IMG/VR virus record: IMGVR_UViG_3300027899_001695
Coordinates: 1 to 64,000 of that record
Length of the DNA: 64,000 bases
Direction: 5' to 3' (one strand)
From: a virus
Made by a program: the position numbers and the translations under genes
In this document: in pieces, positions 1 to 9,937 of the stretch
Numbering within the stretch: position 1 is the first letter of the stretch
How the letters are laid out: each line of letters begins with the position of its first letter
Notes under the pieces: generated by a model
What the model saw: the letters and a program-made list of their open reading frames with translations, nothing else
Databases searched by the model: none
What the model was told of the DNA's origin: nothing

Positions 1-663
1 ATGGAAAAGAAACGTAAGTATCCTAATATTTCTAAAGTTTTAAAAGAAAAATATGCAAATGACGAAGATTTTTATAATATGCATATAAATATACTAAGTA
101 AAAACTGGACTGTAAAAAGACCTTGTTGGAAAACAGGTTTAAATAAAGAAATATCTGAAGGTATACGTAAGTCTATAGAAAGCCAAAAAGCTACTATTGC
201 AAAGAAACAAAAAGAAGGGCTGTCTAATGGAGGGCATCATAAACCTCATTCAGAAGAAGCCAAAAAGAAGATTTCAATTGCAAGAAAGGAAATGTGGATA
301 ACTTATTCAGATGAGAAAAAACACGAATTAATTAAGAATAGGTCTATTAGAAAAGAACCTAGCGGACCTGAAACACAGTTTCAAAAAGAGTATATTGATA
401 AATATAATTTACCTTATATTTATGTAGGAAATGTAAGACAAAGAACATTAATAATTAAAGGAAAAATTCCTGATTTTGTGCATACTTCTGAAAAGAAACT
501 AATTGAAATTTATGGAGACTATTACCATAAAGGACATATCCCAGAAGATAGAATTAATTTCTTTAAAGAAAATGGGTATAAATGTATTGTTATTTGGGCT
601 AGTGAATTAAACAAAGAAGAAACTCTTAGTAAAGTTCTTGAATTTACTAAGGAGGGCAGATAA
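1..663 (+). CDS. Free-standing homing endonuclease, Vsr/DUF559-like PD-(D/E)xK nuclease with NUMOD3-like motif
   Basis: HKPHSEEAKKKIS (NUMOD3-like), PDF...KLIEIYGDYYH...GYKCIVIW nuclease core; start at window edge may be truncated. Confidence 0.75.
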   Translation: MEKKRKYPNISKVLKEKYANDEDFYNMHINILSKNWTVKRPCWKTGLNKEISEGIRKSIESQKATIAKKQKEGLSNGGHHKPHSEEAKKKISIARKEMWITYSDEKKHELIKNRSIRKEPSGPETQFQKEYIDKYNLPYIYVGNVRQRTLIIKGKIPDFVHTSEKKLIEIYGDYYHKGHIPEDRINFFKENGYKCIVIWASELNKEETLSKVLEFTKEGR

Positions 664-1753
664 CATTTTACGGTTTGATAATATATGGCAGTATAATGCC
701 GCTACAACAGCTACTCCCTATTTAGATTATACTAATAATAGTTATACTAACACGGATTTTACCTTTCTTTCTTCTTCCGCAAATTATATGTACTTGGGTC
801 TTAGTAATAGATTTACGGGAATATATACTGATTTAACTACAGTTGGTTCTTATGCAGGAATGTCCTATAAATATTATGATGGAGATGTATGGCAACCATT
901 GGCACTAATAGATAGTTATTCATTTAGTGAGTCTAAGTATGTGCGTTGGGTGTTGCCCAAATCTAATTGGGTCAAGTATAACTTTGACCAAGATACAGTT
1001 CAGCCCTCTGGTTATCCTGACACAACGGAAAGATACTGGGTTCGCATTTCTGCCAGCGGAGTGACCACTCCTGCAGTTATTAATAAAATTAGGGCAGTTC
1101 CATATGTTTCTTATTCTACCCCTACTAAAGTGTACCAGCTTTTGCAGTTAAAGAAAGATTTCGATTATACTACAAGTCCCACAGATTTAACAGTAGAAGA
1201 TATGATACGAAGAGCAGAAGATTTAATTGATTATAGAACAAGAAAGTCTTGGAGATTTAATGCCATTACAGAAGAAGCCAGTCCTATATTGATAGATTAT
1301 AATAGATACGGAATGTTCTTGAGGTATCGTAATTTTATTAAAGTTTATTCTGTTTCTTTATGGAATGGTGGAAGTTGGCAAGCATTGACAGAAGGACGAA
1401 ATAATGATTTCTTTCTTAATAAAGATTTAGGAATGATTTATATAACCAGGCTGTATTTATTGCCTGCAGCCTATGGAATGACTGGCAGATTTACGAGTTA
1501 TGGCTTTGGCGAATTTAAGAATTCCATTAAAGTAGACTATACCTATGGTAGAGACTCAGAAGTCTTTTCTGAGTTTTATATTGTTGAAGATATTGCTACT
1601 AAAATGGCGGCATGTGATGTGTTAAGACATACAGATTTTAGTGCATTACTAGTATCAGGAACGGATAAAGTTTCGATGGAAGCAAAAATAAGACTAATGG
1701 AAGAGCAGATAGAAGCAAAGATAGATAATCTTACAGGAATTAGCATATGGTAA
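638..1753 (+). CDS. Head-tail adaptor/neck protein with N-terminal beta-sandwich extension
   Basis: YSTPTKV...EDMIRRAEDLIDYRT and IKVDYTYG pattern typical of gp15/gp6-like adaptors; lies before tail genes. Confidence 0.6.
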   Translation: MNLLRRADNILRFDNIWQYNAATTATPYLDYTNNSYTNTDFTFLSSSANYMYLGLSNRFTGIYTDLTTVGSYAGMSYKYYDGDVWQPLALIDSYSFSESKYVRWVLPKSNWVKYNFDQDTVQPSGYPDTTERYWVRISASGVTTPAVINKIRAVPYVSYSTPTKVYQLLQLKKDFDYTTSPTDLTVEDMIRRAEDLIDYRTRKSWRFNAITEEASPILIDYNRYGMFLRYRNFIKVYSVSLWNGGSWQALTEGRNNDFFLNKDLGMIYITRLYLLPAAYGMTGRFTSYGFGEFKNSIKVDYTYGRDSEVFSEFYIVEDIATKMAACDVLRHTDFSALLVSGTDKVSMEAKIRLMEEQIEAKIDNLTGISIW

Positions 1754-2232
1754 GTAGTTTTTCGTACGTGGCGGAGAGCCTACCCCCAGAGCTCTTTAAG
1801 AGTTTGCTGGAAAAGAATTGGATTTCTGTACGAAATATGCCAAAGCCAGATATTATTGTAGTTAATGACCCAGAAGATGCAAGAATTAGGTTTGATATGA
1901 GTACTGGTGATATAATTACAATAGTAACAGGAGGACCTGAGACTATAAAGTATCGTGGTAATGTGAGTTATTATGATAGGGTTTATCCTCTTACGCTTGA
2001 AATTTGGACAAAGGTAGATAGACAAAGATTGCGGGACTTATGGAAACAGATAAAAGGAATTGTGTTTGACCATTTATTTGCTATTCAAGGATACCAGATA
2101 ATAAGACTTCAATCTTATACTGAAATGGTAAATGACGCAGTAAATATCTGGAAAGGACAAGTACGGCTAACAGTCGAGGCCGCTGGTGTTTGTGTAGAAA
2201 CAAATGGAGATTATGATAGATTCAATGTTTAA
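1747..2232 (+). CDS. Putative tail terminator/tail completion protein
   Basis: 161 aa, alpha/beta pattern, synteny between adaptor and tail tube. Confidence 0.5.
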   Translation: MVSSFSYVAESLPPELFKSLLEKNWISVRNMPKPDIIVVNDPEDARIRFDMSTGDIITIVTGGPETIKYRGNVSYYDRVYPLTLEIWTKVDRQRLRDLWKQIKGIVFDHLFAIQGYQIIRLQSYTEMVNDAVNIWKGQVRLTVEAAGVCVETNGDYDRFNV

Positions 2233-2419
2233 AGACAGAGATGAGTATATTGCTAGTTTAAATAAAACTCTTTCGTTTGAAGAAAAGAGGGTTATTAACT
2301 GGGCTTTTAGATACATGGGCAAGGAACAAGCCAATGAATATTTGGCAAATAAAATTGCGGGAAAAAAGGAAAAGAAAGAAGAGATAGTTAAAGTAAAGAA
2401 TAAAGAAGAGGTAATATAA
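2204..2419 (+). CDS. Hypothetical protein
   Basis: Tiles between neighbours. Confidence 0.5.
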   Translation: MEIMIDSMFKDRDEYIASLNKTLSFEEKRVINWAFRYMGKEQANEYLANKIAGKKEKKEEIVKVKNKEEVI

Positions 2420-2420
2420 T

Positions 2421-3467
2421 ATGGCTTATCCAATAAGAGGGGAACAATGGAAACTGGGCTGGTGTCCAGAAGTATCTTACGGTGTTGACCCAAGTACTGC
2501 AGGGAGTGGTTATACAAATTTCTTTGGTGTAGTACAAGATGCTACCTTACCAGATATTCAAACAGACTTTCAACCTTTCTATGGACTTGGCACAAATTCT
2601 GTTCGTAATTGGTATGTGATGTATCGTGGAAAACAGCAGATGTCTGGGTCAATTTCCAATTTTTTAATGTTAGATGGAAAATGCCTTTATCTTGCTTTTG
2701 GAGGTACTTCTGCGGCCCCTGTTGAAGCAAATCTTCTTCCTAGTTTTTCTATGCATGCAGGATATGTAGATACAAATGGGGACACTGCATTGAGACGAAG
2801 ATTTCATGGTGGAAAAGTAAATCGTATGACAATTTCTGCTAATGAAGGTGGTTTTTTAACTGCAAGTATTGATGAGATGATGTTTAGTGCTTATCATCAA
2901 AATGCAACTGCGTCTACAGCTTTTCCTTCTGCTTCTGCTACATATTCTGCGTTAACAGATATTCCTCCTACTACAGAAGGAGCGGGGACAGCTACCCCGT
3001 TTACTTGCGACCAGCCTTGGTTGTTCTCACAGGGGTCTTTACAGTTATGGGGGACTACTTTTGCAAGAGTGCGTAATTTTAGATTAAGTGTAAATAATGC
3101 ATGTCAGGCTAAATATTATATAACAGATACTGCAGCTGACCAACTTCCCTATGAAATAAGAGAAGGAAAACGAGACTATTCAATGAGTTGTACTATAGAT
3201 ATTGAAGATTCTAGTATATATAGCGAATTAGTAAGTCAAGGTGTAAATGCGTTAGGGGAGTTAACAGGTTTTCAAACTATTATTTCTTTTACTAGAGCAG
3301 ATGGAGACCATATTACGATTACTTCACCTACAGCAACTCCTGCTTGTGGAGGTGACTCTCAAGGATGTTTTATTAGACAAGCACCTCATAATATATCAAC
3401 TGGAGAAAACTTATTAGGTGTTCCTATTACAATTATGATGAGGAGTGTTGGGATACACTTAGGATAA
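2421..3467 (+). CDS. Major tail tube protein
   Basis: E.SYG N-terminus, F.GGKVNRMTIS, RVRNFRLSVNN, EIREGKRDYSMSCTID; GAGGT RBS; precedes chaperone and tape measure. Confidence 0.8.
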   Translation: MAYPIRGEQWKLGWCPEVSYGVDPSTAGSGYTNFFGVVQDATLPDIQTDFQPFYGLGTNSVRNWYVMYRGKQQMSGSISNFLMLDGKCLYLAFGGTSAAPVEANLLPSFSMHAGYVDTNGDTALRRRFHGGKVNRMTISANEGGFLTASIDEMMFSAYHQNATASTAFPSASATYSALTDIPPTTEGAGTATPFTCDQPWLFSQGSLQLWGTTFARVRNFRLSVNNACQAKYYITDTAADQLPYEIREGKRDYSMSCTIDIEDSSIYSELVSQGVNALGELTGFQTIISFTRADGDHITITSPTATPACGGDSQGCFIRQAPHNISTGENLLGVPITIMMRSVGIHLG

Positions 3468-3492
3468 AATAAAAACGGCTAGGAGGGAAAGA

Positions 3493-3843
3493 ATGGATAT
3501 AAATGATATTTATATTTCAGATGGTTTAAAGGAGATAGATTTAACTTATAAAACTGCTGAAATAAAGCTAAAAGTAAAACAGCTTTCTTGGAGCAAGAAA
3601 AACCAGATTCTATCAGCTTGTTTTACATACGGAGCAGATTCTCAGATGAAGTTTAACTTTGATAAATATATCAAGGATATGCTTTGTGAGATGATTGTAG
3701 AAGCTCCTTGGGGACAGACAAATCACATATTTCTAAGTAAGATAAGCCCAGAATTTGGAGCGATGTTGGAAAAGTTAGTGCCGAAGGCCTTTGAGGAAGG
3801 TGTCACAAACGATTTTTTCGCTCTAGAATCAAAAACATCATAA
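3493..3843 (+). CDS. Tail assembly chaperone (gpG-like)
   Basis: Between tube and TMP; slippery T TTT TTC at 3813-3819; AGGAGG RBS. Confidence 0.8.
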   Translation: MDINDIYISDGLKEIDLTYKTAEIKLKVKQLSWSKKNQILSACFTYGADSQMKFNFDKYIKDMLCEMIVEAPWGQTNHIFLSKISPEFGAMLEKLVPKAFEEGVTNDFFALESKTS

Positions 3844-4043
3844 GAGGGCATAAATCTTCAGGAGATGTTTTAGATTTATATATCTTTAGGAAAGTGATAG
3901 AGTATAGTCTTATGAAAGCTGGGATATCTTATGACAGTATACAACAAATGGGAGAAAATGAAGTAATGGAATTTGTTGCTATCATGAATGAAGTTGGTGA
4001 AATGGAAAGAGAGCATATTGCTCAAGCACAGGCAGGTGTTTAA
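3819..4043 (+). CDS. -1 frameshift extension of tail chaperone (gpGT-like C-terminal part)
   Basis: -1 frame open from the slippery site for 74 codons (RSRIKNIIRG...AQAGV), TAA abuts TMP ATG at 4044. Confidence 0.8.
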   Translation, partial: RSRIKNIIRGHKSSGDVLDLYIFRKVIEYSLMKAGISYDSIQQMGENEVMEFVAIMNEVGEMEREHIAQAQAGV

Positions 4044-5372
4044 ATGAGTCCCCCAGAAACGTGGACAATTATACTTCAGTCTGAAGCAGGAGGAGGGGAT
4101 GGGGCTGCTGGTGGTTCAGATGGTGCTACCGACAGAGGCGAAACTCCCAACCAACGAAAGAATCTCTTTGAAGATGCTGGAAAAGTGTTTGGGGCAATTG
4201 CAAGTTCTGCTGGAATTTTAGCCTTACTTATTAGAACTATCTATGGTAGTACTGTCTTTTCTACTTTCTTTGATGCTTTTATGAAAGTACTGTCTGCTCT
4301 GGCAGATTTATTTCTTGTTGCTTTTATTCCGTTGTTTATGGTAGTTTTACAATGGTTATTGAGTCTTTTACCAGTTGCTAAAAGATTAGGGGAAGCTTTA
4401 GAACCTTTAATAAAAATGGCAGCAGAGGCTCTTAAAGAAATTCTTACTGCTATAACTGATTGGATTGTTCCTAGATTATTTACATTAGTAGATGCGATTA
4501 CGGCTTTTGCTACTACTGGGGATATTTCTCCACTACTTGCATGGGGAGAGAAATTCTTCAAAGATTTATTTGAAATTGCTAGTAAGCTTTTTACAGACTT
4601 TATTGAATGGATTAAAACAAATGGTCCAGAAATTGTAGCCTCTATTGGGAAAAGCGTTACTTTATTTGCTGAATGGTTAAAGACAGAAGGTCCAAATATT
4701 GTTAAAACAATTGTTGATGGTATAAAAGTAGTACAAGCTACGTTAGACCCTTTATTTAAACAAATTGTGGCAGTACTAGGACCAATTGTTTTACAGTTTC
4801 TTGCTCCACTAGGAGTTGTTTTTGATAAATTTATGATTTATTTAAAAGATATCTTTAAAATTGTATTAGATGATACTATGGTTTATGCTAAACAGGTAAC
4901 AGATGTATTTATGGTTTTTCTTAAAGATTCAATGGTATGGTTGTTACAATTAACAGTTAAACTTATGGCGATTGCTTTAGACCCCTTAGCTTTTAGAAAA
5001 GCCTACGATATGAATAAAGAAATAGTTAAAGCGTGGGATAGTGTACCAGAACTTGGTAAAATACCAAGTTTAGCAGATTCTGCCCAGAAGACGCTAGAGA
5101 AAATTGAAGCTCTTCCTTTGCCTAATCTGGTAGCTTCTGCAGAAGAGCAGAATGTGTGGCTTGCAAAAGTCGTAGCACAGTTGGAGAAACTAGGTTTTAA
5201 ATTGGATAAAGTGGAGGCCGCTGCAGAAAAAGGGTCTGCAGGAAGCATCACCAATTCAACTCCTCCTACTAGTATTGCTGACCCTGCAGCACGTCAGACC
5301 ACTCAGCCAAGTAATCAACGATGGCTTGATAGACAGAATGGAATAATAAGAGCCAGTTCTTATTATTATTAG
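4044..5372 (+). CDS. Tape measure protein (short, 442 aa)
   Basis: Helical, periodic W/F residues, hydrophobic segments; directly after the chaperone pair. Confidence 0.75.
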   Translation: MSPPETWTIILQSEAGGGDGAAGGSDGATDRGETPNQRKNLFEDAGKVFGAIASSAGILALLIRTIYGSTVFSTFFDAFMKVLSALADLFLVAFIPLFMVVLQWLLSLLPVAKRLGEALEPLIKMAAEALKEILTAITDWIVPRLFTLVDAITAFATTGDISPLLAWGEKFFKDLFEIASKLFTDFIEWIKTNGPEIVASIGKSVTLFAEWLKTEGPNIVKTIVDGIKVVQATLDPLFKQIVAVLGPIVLQFLAPLGVVFDKFMIYLKDIFKIVLDDTMVYAKQVTDVFMVFLKDSMVWLLQLTVKLMAIALDPLAFRKAYDMNKEIVKAWDSVPELGKIPSLADSAQKTLEKIEALPLPNLVASAEEQNVWLAKVVAQLEKLGFKLDKVEAAAEKGSAGSITNSTPPTSIADPAARQTTQPSNQRWLDRQNGIIRASSYYY

Positions 5373-5383
5373 TGAGGAAATAG

Positions 5384-5818
5384 ATGGCAGTAGAATTAAT
5401 AGTAAAATTATCAAAAAGTGGGCAGTCTTATACTCTTAAAGCAGAAAGAATCACACATAGTTATGATAGAAGTGTTAGCCCAAATCCATTACCTTCGGGT
5501 ACGGCTGGAAGTGCTGGGCAGGTTTTTTATCTTGATTTAGGGCAATGTGTTCAAACTATTATAATTGAAGGGTTGATAGATTCTGTTTCAAAAGTACCAA
5601 GTGGGGCAAATCAAGAACCTACCAAAGTGCAGTTAGGAGATGTAGTTCGTACATGGTATGTACAATATTCATTAACTGGTGAGACTGAAGGTGGGACACC
5701 TGCTCTTTTAACGTATCCAGGAGGGAGTACCACAGTCTTTTTCAAGAGTGTCACATTTACAATGGTTGGAGCTCTAGAAGATAGGTGGCAGTATTCTCTT
5801 GTTTGTTTTGTAACGTAG
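5384..5818 (+). CDS. Putative distal tail/baseplate protein
   Basis: Synteny after TMP; beta-rich 144 aa. Confidence 0.45.
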   Translation: MAVELIVKLSKSGQSYTLKAERITHSYDRSVSPNPLPSGTAGSAGQVFYLDLGQCVQTIIIEGLIDSVSKVPSGANQEPTKVQLGDVVRTWYVQYSLTGETEGGTPALLTYPGGSTTVFFKSVTFTMVGALEDRWQYSLVCFVT

Positions 5819-5825
5819 GTTAGAT

Positions 5826-8800
5826 ATGGCAATTGGTACACAACTATATTATTCTAGTACTAATGACCCTGCTACAGAAACATGGCTTCCAGTAGGAGGG
5901 GAACCCGCAAAGATAAAGATAAAGATAGTAGATTCTGCTATAGGTGTTCCTAGAACAATGGAAGCCTACCTTATTAATACTATGGTAGGTGGGGTGCATG
6001 AGAAGGAAGGTATTTATACGGCATATAGACGTGTTAAAGTAGTAGAGTATGGAACAACTAAAACAATATTTGTTGGAAGAATTAATACTTCTCAACCTAC
6101 CCAAGATGATTCATATGGCCAAATCTTAATTATAACAGCTACTGATTATTTACAAGCTTTTCTTGACCGCAAAATTAATACAGACTATAATTCTGATACT
6201 GCTAATTTAACAGGGTATACACGTAGTCAGATTATTGGGTATATAATTAATGGAAAAAACGCAGATGGTGTGGTATATCCATCTTATAATGTACCTACTA
6301 ATTATATTACGACCAATATTACTGCTTCTCCCTCTACTGAAAAGATTAAAAGACAATACGCCTCTTCTAATAAGACAGTAGCAAGAGCAATTGAAGAATT
6401 GGCCCAAGAAGAGCCTTGGAGCGACAGAACTTGGTCAAAAGTATGGATTAACGGAACTTCTCGTACAGATATTAATACTAACGCTTATTCTTTTTTAACT
6501 GCGGGTAGTCAGTATGCTTATTGGGGTCAGACTGCTCCGTTTGTAGGAGTTAATGTTACTAATGTGTCTGTAGTAGGCAGCTATGGTAGTTTTACTTGGC
6601 AATACTATGCTTCTGATTTAACTTGGAAAAGTTTAACAATACTTCAGACTACTACTTTTGGTACAATTAGCATGGAAAGATGGGAAGTTCCTTCAGATTG
6701 GACCCAAGTTTCTGTGTTAGGTACTACTGCTTATTATGTTAGATGTCTTGCTTCTTCCGTTTCTTCTGTTTCTACGTTAAAAGCGGAGTGTGCGGTTGGA
6801 GTAGGTTTTAATTATTATGTTGATGAAAATGGGGTTTTTCAGTACTTTAGAAAGGGTTCAAGACCTGTAGGAGGCCCTGTTGCAGCAGGACTAACCTTTT
6901 CTCTTAGTCCAAATCCTTCATTACCTCTTACTCAAAGACAGATAATGGCTAATTATGAGTTTACGAATCAGCCTAAAGAGATTGTAACTAGAGTGTATGT
7001 GAAAGGAACTGCTGCAGATACAGGAAATATCGTGAGTGCTAGTGCTTGTAATGCTGCTCTTGAAACGCAGTTAAACACTATAAAAGAAAAATGGGATTTT
7101 ATATCTGGTTCTGGTATGACAACTGCTGAATTAACTACCTATGCTCAAAATAGAGCAAATAGTTTACTCTATTCTAGGTCTTCCACAGTTGAAAGAGGGG
7201 CTGTTAGTGTAGTTCGGTATCCTTATTATACTATTGGTGGAGTAGTTACACTTCTTAGAGCTGGGGATTTAGTTCGTGCCAAGTGTTCAATGACTGGAAC
7301 AGATATGGATTATGAAGTAATTGATATTGAGTATACAGAACCGAATGTTTCAGCTAGAATAAATCTTATCTCTCCATCTGCTGGAAGAGGTTCAGAAGCA
7401 GATGACATGTCAAATATAATAAATCGGTTAAAAGATGGAGATGACAGTGTTATTCCTTCTGCAAGAATTGGTGATTTAATTGCAAAACATATTACAGCAG
7501 GGGATATTGATGCTGGTTCCATTACAGTTGATATTGATTTAGCTAGCGATGGTGAGGGTGGGGGAGGAACTCTACAATCCGCTAACTTTGTTCATGGTAC
7601 TTCTGGGTGGCAAATTAACTATGATGGGGTAGCAGAGTTTCAAGATATATATCTTCGTGGTGAGATTTATAGTGGAAAAACATTAAGTGTTGGTGGTGGG
7701 TCTTTTACTGCAGGTACTGTAACACTTGATTCTTCTGGTGTAAAAATAAAAAATACGGCAGCAGATGCTTCTACATGTTCTTTTTATACTTATGGAAATG
7801 TTTTAAGTGGTGAAATTTATGCTAAATTTCCTGCTACTGGGATGTATTTATATAGTTATGGGACCATTGATTTAGAAGCCGCTAAAGGCGATATATCTAT
7901 TGGAACTGCTTCAGGCTCTGTTGATTTTTATGCTCCTTATGGAGATTATCATTTTCATAATGATGGTTTTACTTCTCCCCCATTTTTAATTCTTCCGAGT
8001 GCTGCAGCTACAGCAACAAAAGCCAACGGCTCTTTGTTTTTTAATTCTGCTACAGATGCTTTTATGGGTAAAACGGCAGCAGGTTGGGTTACTCTTGGTG
8101 CTTTGTCTTTTCCTGCACATGCTTTGGATAGTGCTTCGCACACTAATTCTGCTAATTTAACGAGTTCTTTAACGGCTACATCTGCTCGTACTGGTTTAAT
8201 GAGAGCCTTATCAAATGTTTCTGGTGAATATTTTAATGGTACTGGTGGTTGGACAGTTCCTACTACTGTGGCTACACATTATCTTGATGACACTTCTATT
8301 CATATTGGGTTATCTGATACTATAAATTTAAATACTTCTTCTTTTACTCATGGACTTTGTCCTAAATTAGATGGAAATGTGGCACACTTTCTTTCTGGTA
8401 TGGGTACTTGGCTGACCCCTTCTGTTGGGCATTCACCAAATGCCGATTGGGGGATGGCCTCTGGAGCTGGGGCAGCTTCAGGTACTTTATTTCTTTCTGG
8501 AGCTTTGGTATCTGATTTAACTATTAATAATGGGCTATCTATAAAAAGTGCAGGAGCTTTCAATGTTCAAGGAAATGGTTCTATTACTGTTAGAACTACT
8601 GGAGTAGGGGGTATTACATATATTGGGGATTCTAATATAACCAGTTCATCTGTTCGTATTTATGGTGGATTAAATGCAGACCTGCTTATACAGGCGACTG
8701 GAACTGGTCGTATTTATATGAGAGCGGCACAAGGAATGATAATGCCTACAGCTACAACGGCCCCTACTACGATAACTACTGGGGCCATGTACTATAATAC

Positions 8801-9914
8801 AACTGATAATATAATGTATTATAGAAATAGTACGACATGGGTAGACATGAGTGGTGGAGGAGGAGTGGCCTATCTGCCATTGGCTGGTGGCACAATGACT
8901 TCTCCAGGAAACATTAATATGTTTGCTGGAAGCGTTATGCATGGATTAGGGGCTTTTACTCTTGATGCTATAACCACCCTTAATCTAGCCGCAGGTGCTT
9001 CACAAGTAATAACGATTGGAAATAGTTCTAATACTAATATTATTCAGCTACAAGGAAGTAGAACTCAAATTGTGGGGCCATTTAGATTAAGTCCTTATAC
9101 TGGGAGAGACCCCACACCTGGAGCAGGCTCTTTACATTATAGAACTGATTTAACTAATGGCGTAGGTAACGGTATTATACGATACTATGATAGTAGTGGT
9201 AATTGGATAACTCTTGCAGCTACGGGTTCTAGTAGTATATCTAATCATTCTTTGGATAGTGCTTATCACACTACTCCTGCAGGAGTCACAAGAACAGATT
9301 TATTAGCTACTTCAGCTAGATTTGGCCTTTTACGAAATTTAAATATGGATACTACTACTTATTTAGATGGGAGTGGGTTATTTAGTCAACCTACGCACTT
9401 TTTAGACTCTATTGGTTATCATACTGCTTTACGAAATAATACTGTTTTTAATGTTTCTACTACAGCTCATGGTTTTTGTCCTGCTTTACCAAATCCTGTA
9501 GATACTACAAAGTTCTTATCTGGGGCAGGAACGTGGTTAGTTCCTCCTGGAACTGGTGGAGGTGGAGGGAGCATTAGTGTAACTCAGCTTTTCTATAATT
9601 ACACAGGAGACCCTTATTATGGAACAGGAGGTAGAACGGCATCTACTACATATACTAATGGAACTAAAATACGTATGGTAACAGTTGCAGGATACACTTC
9701 TGGAGGTTCTTACACGACTTTTATGAGGGTTAAAACAGGAGCATCAACTGCAAATCAGATAGTGGCAGTTGCTGGGAATGACCCAGGTATAGGAGCTCCT
9801 GAAAATATTGAAACCATTACTTTTTTAGTTCCCCCTAATTATAAATATATGGTAGAGTTTGGATATGGGTATACTTCTTATATTTTAACTTGGGCCGAAT
9901 GGGATTTAGGATAA
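5826..9914 (+). CDS. Tail hub/central fibre (Tal-like N-terminus fused to fibre/receptor-binding region)
   Basis: IFVGRIN, LRAGDLVR..VIDIEY hub motifs; SANFVHGTSGWQINYDGVAEF; long G/S/T-rich fibre with internal duplication. Confidence 0.75.
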   Translation: MAIGTQLYYSSTNDPATETWLPVGGEPAKIKIKIVDSAIGVPRTMEAYLINTMVGGVHEKEGIYTAYRRVKVVEYGTTKTIFVGRINTSQPTQDDSYGQILIITATDYLQAFLDRKINTDYNSDTANLTGYTRSQIIGYIINGKNADGVVYPSYNVPTNYITTNITASPSTEKIKRQYASSNKTVARAIEELAQEEPWSDRTWSKVWINGTSRTDINTNAYSFLTAGSQYAYWGQTAPFVGVNVTNVSVVGSYGSFTWQYYASDLTWKSLTILQTTTFGTISMERWEVPSDWTQVSVLGTTAYYVRCLASSVSSVSTLKAECAVGVGFNYYVDENGVFQYFRKGSRPVGGPVAAGLTFSLSPNPSLPLTQRQIMANYEFTNQPKEIVTRVYVKGTAADTGNIVSASACNAALETQLNTIKEKWDFISGSGMTTAELTTYAQNRANSLLYSRSSTVERGAVSVVRYPYYTIGGVVTLLRAGDLVRAKCSMTGTDMDYEVIDIEYTEPNVSARINLISPSAGRGSEADDMSNIINRLKDGDDSVIPSARIGDLIAKHITAGDIDAGSITVDIDLASDGEGGGGTLQSANFVHGTSGWQINYDGVAEFQDIYLRGEIYSGKTLSVGGGSFTAGTVTLDSSGVKIKNTAADASTCSFYTYGNVLSGEIYAKFPATGMYLYSYGTIDLEAAKGDISIGTASGSVDFYAPYGDYHFHNDGFTSPPFLILPSAAATATKANGSLFFNSATDAFMGKTAAGWVTLGALSFPAHALDSASHTNSANLTSSLTATSARTGLMRALSNVSGEYFNGTGGWTVPTTVATHYLDDTSIHIGLSDTINLNTSSFTHGLCPKLDGNVAHFLSGMGTWLTPSVGHSPNADWGMASGAGAASGTLFLSGALVSDLTINNGLSIKSAGAFNVQGNGSITVRTTGVGGITYIGDSNITSSSVRIYGGLNADLLIQATGTGRIYMRAAQGMIMPTATTAPTTITTGAMYYNTTDNIMYYRNSTTWVDMSGGGGVAYLPLAGGTMTSPGNINMFAGSVMHGLGAFTLDAITTLNLAAGASQVITIGNSSNTNIIQLQGSRTQIVGPFRLSPYTGRDPTPGAGSLHYRTDLTNGVGNGIIRYYDSSGNWITLAATGSSSISNHSLDSAYHTTPAGVTRTDLLATSARFGLLRNLNMDTTTYLDGSGLFSQPTHFLDSIGYHTALRNNTVFNVSTTAHGFCPALPNPVDTTKFLSGAGTWLVPPGTGGGGGSISVTQLFYNYTGDPYYGTGGRTASTTYTNGTKIRMVTVAGYTSGGSYTTFMRVKTGASTANQIVAVAGNDPGIGAPENIETITFLVPPNYKYMVEFGYGYTSYILTWAEWDLG

Positions 9915-9937
9915 AATAAAAAAGCGGAGAAAATGAA

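Noticed and set aside
5826-9914. Diversity-generating retroelement targeting the fibre
   Set aside because: No reverse transcriptase and no TR/VR pair differing only at adenines in the window
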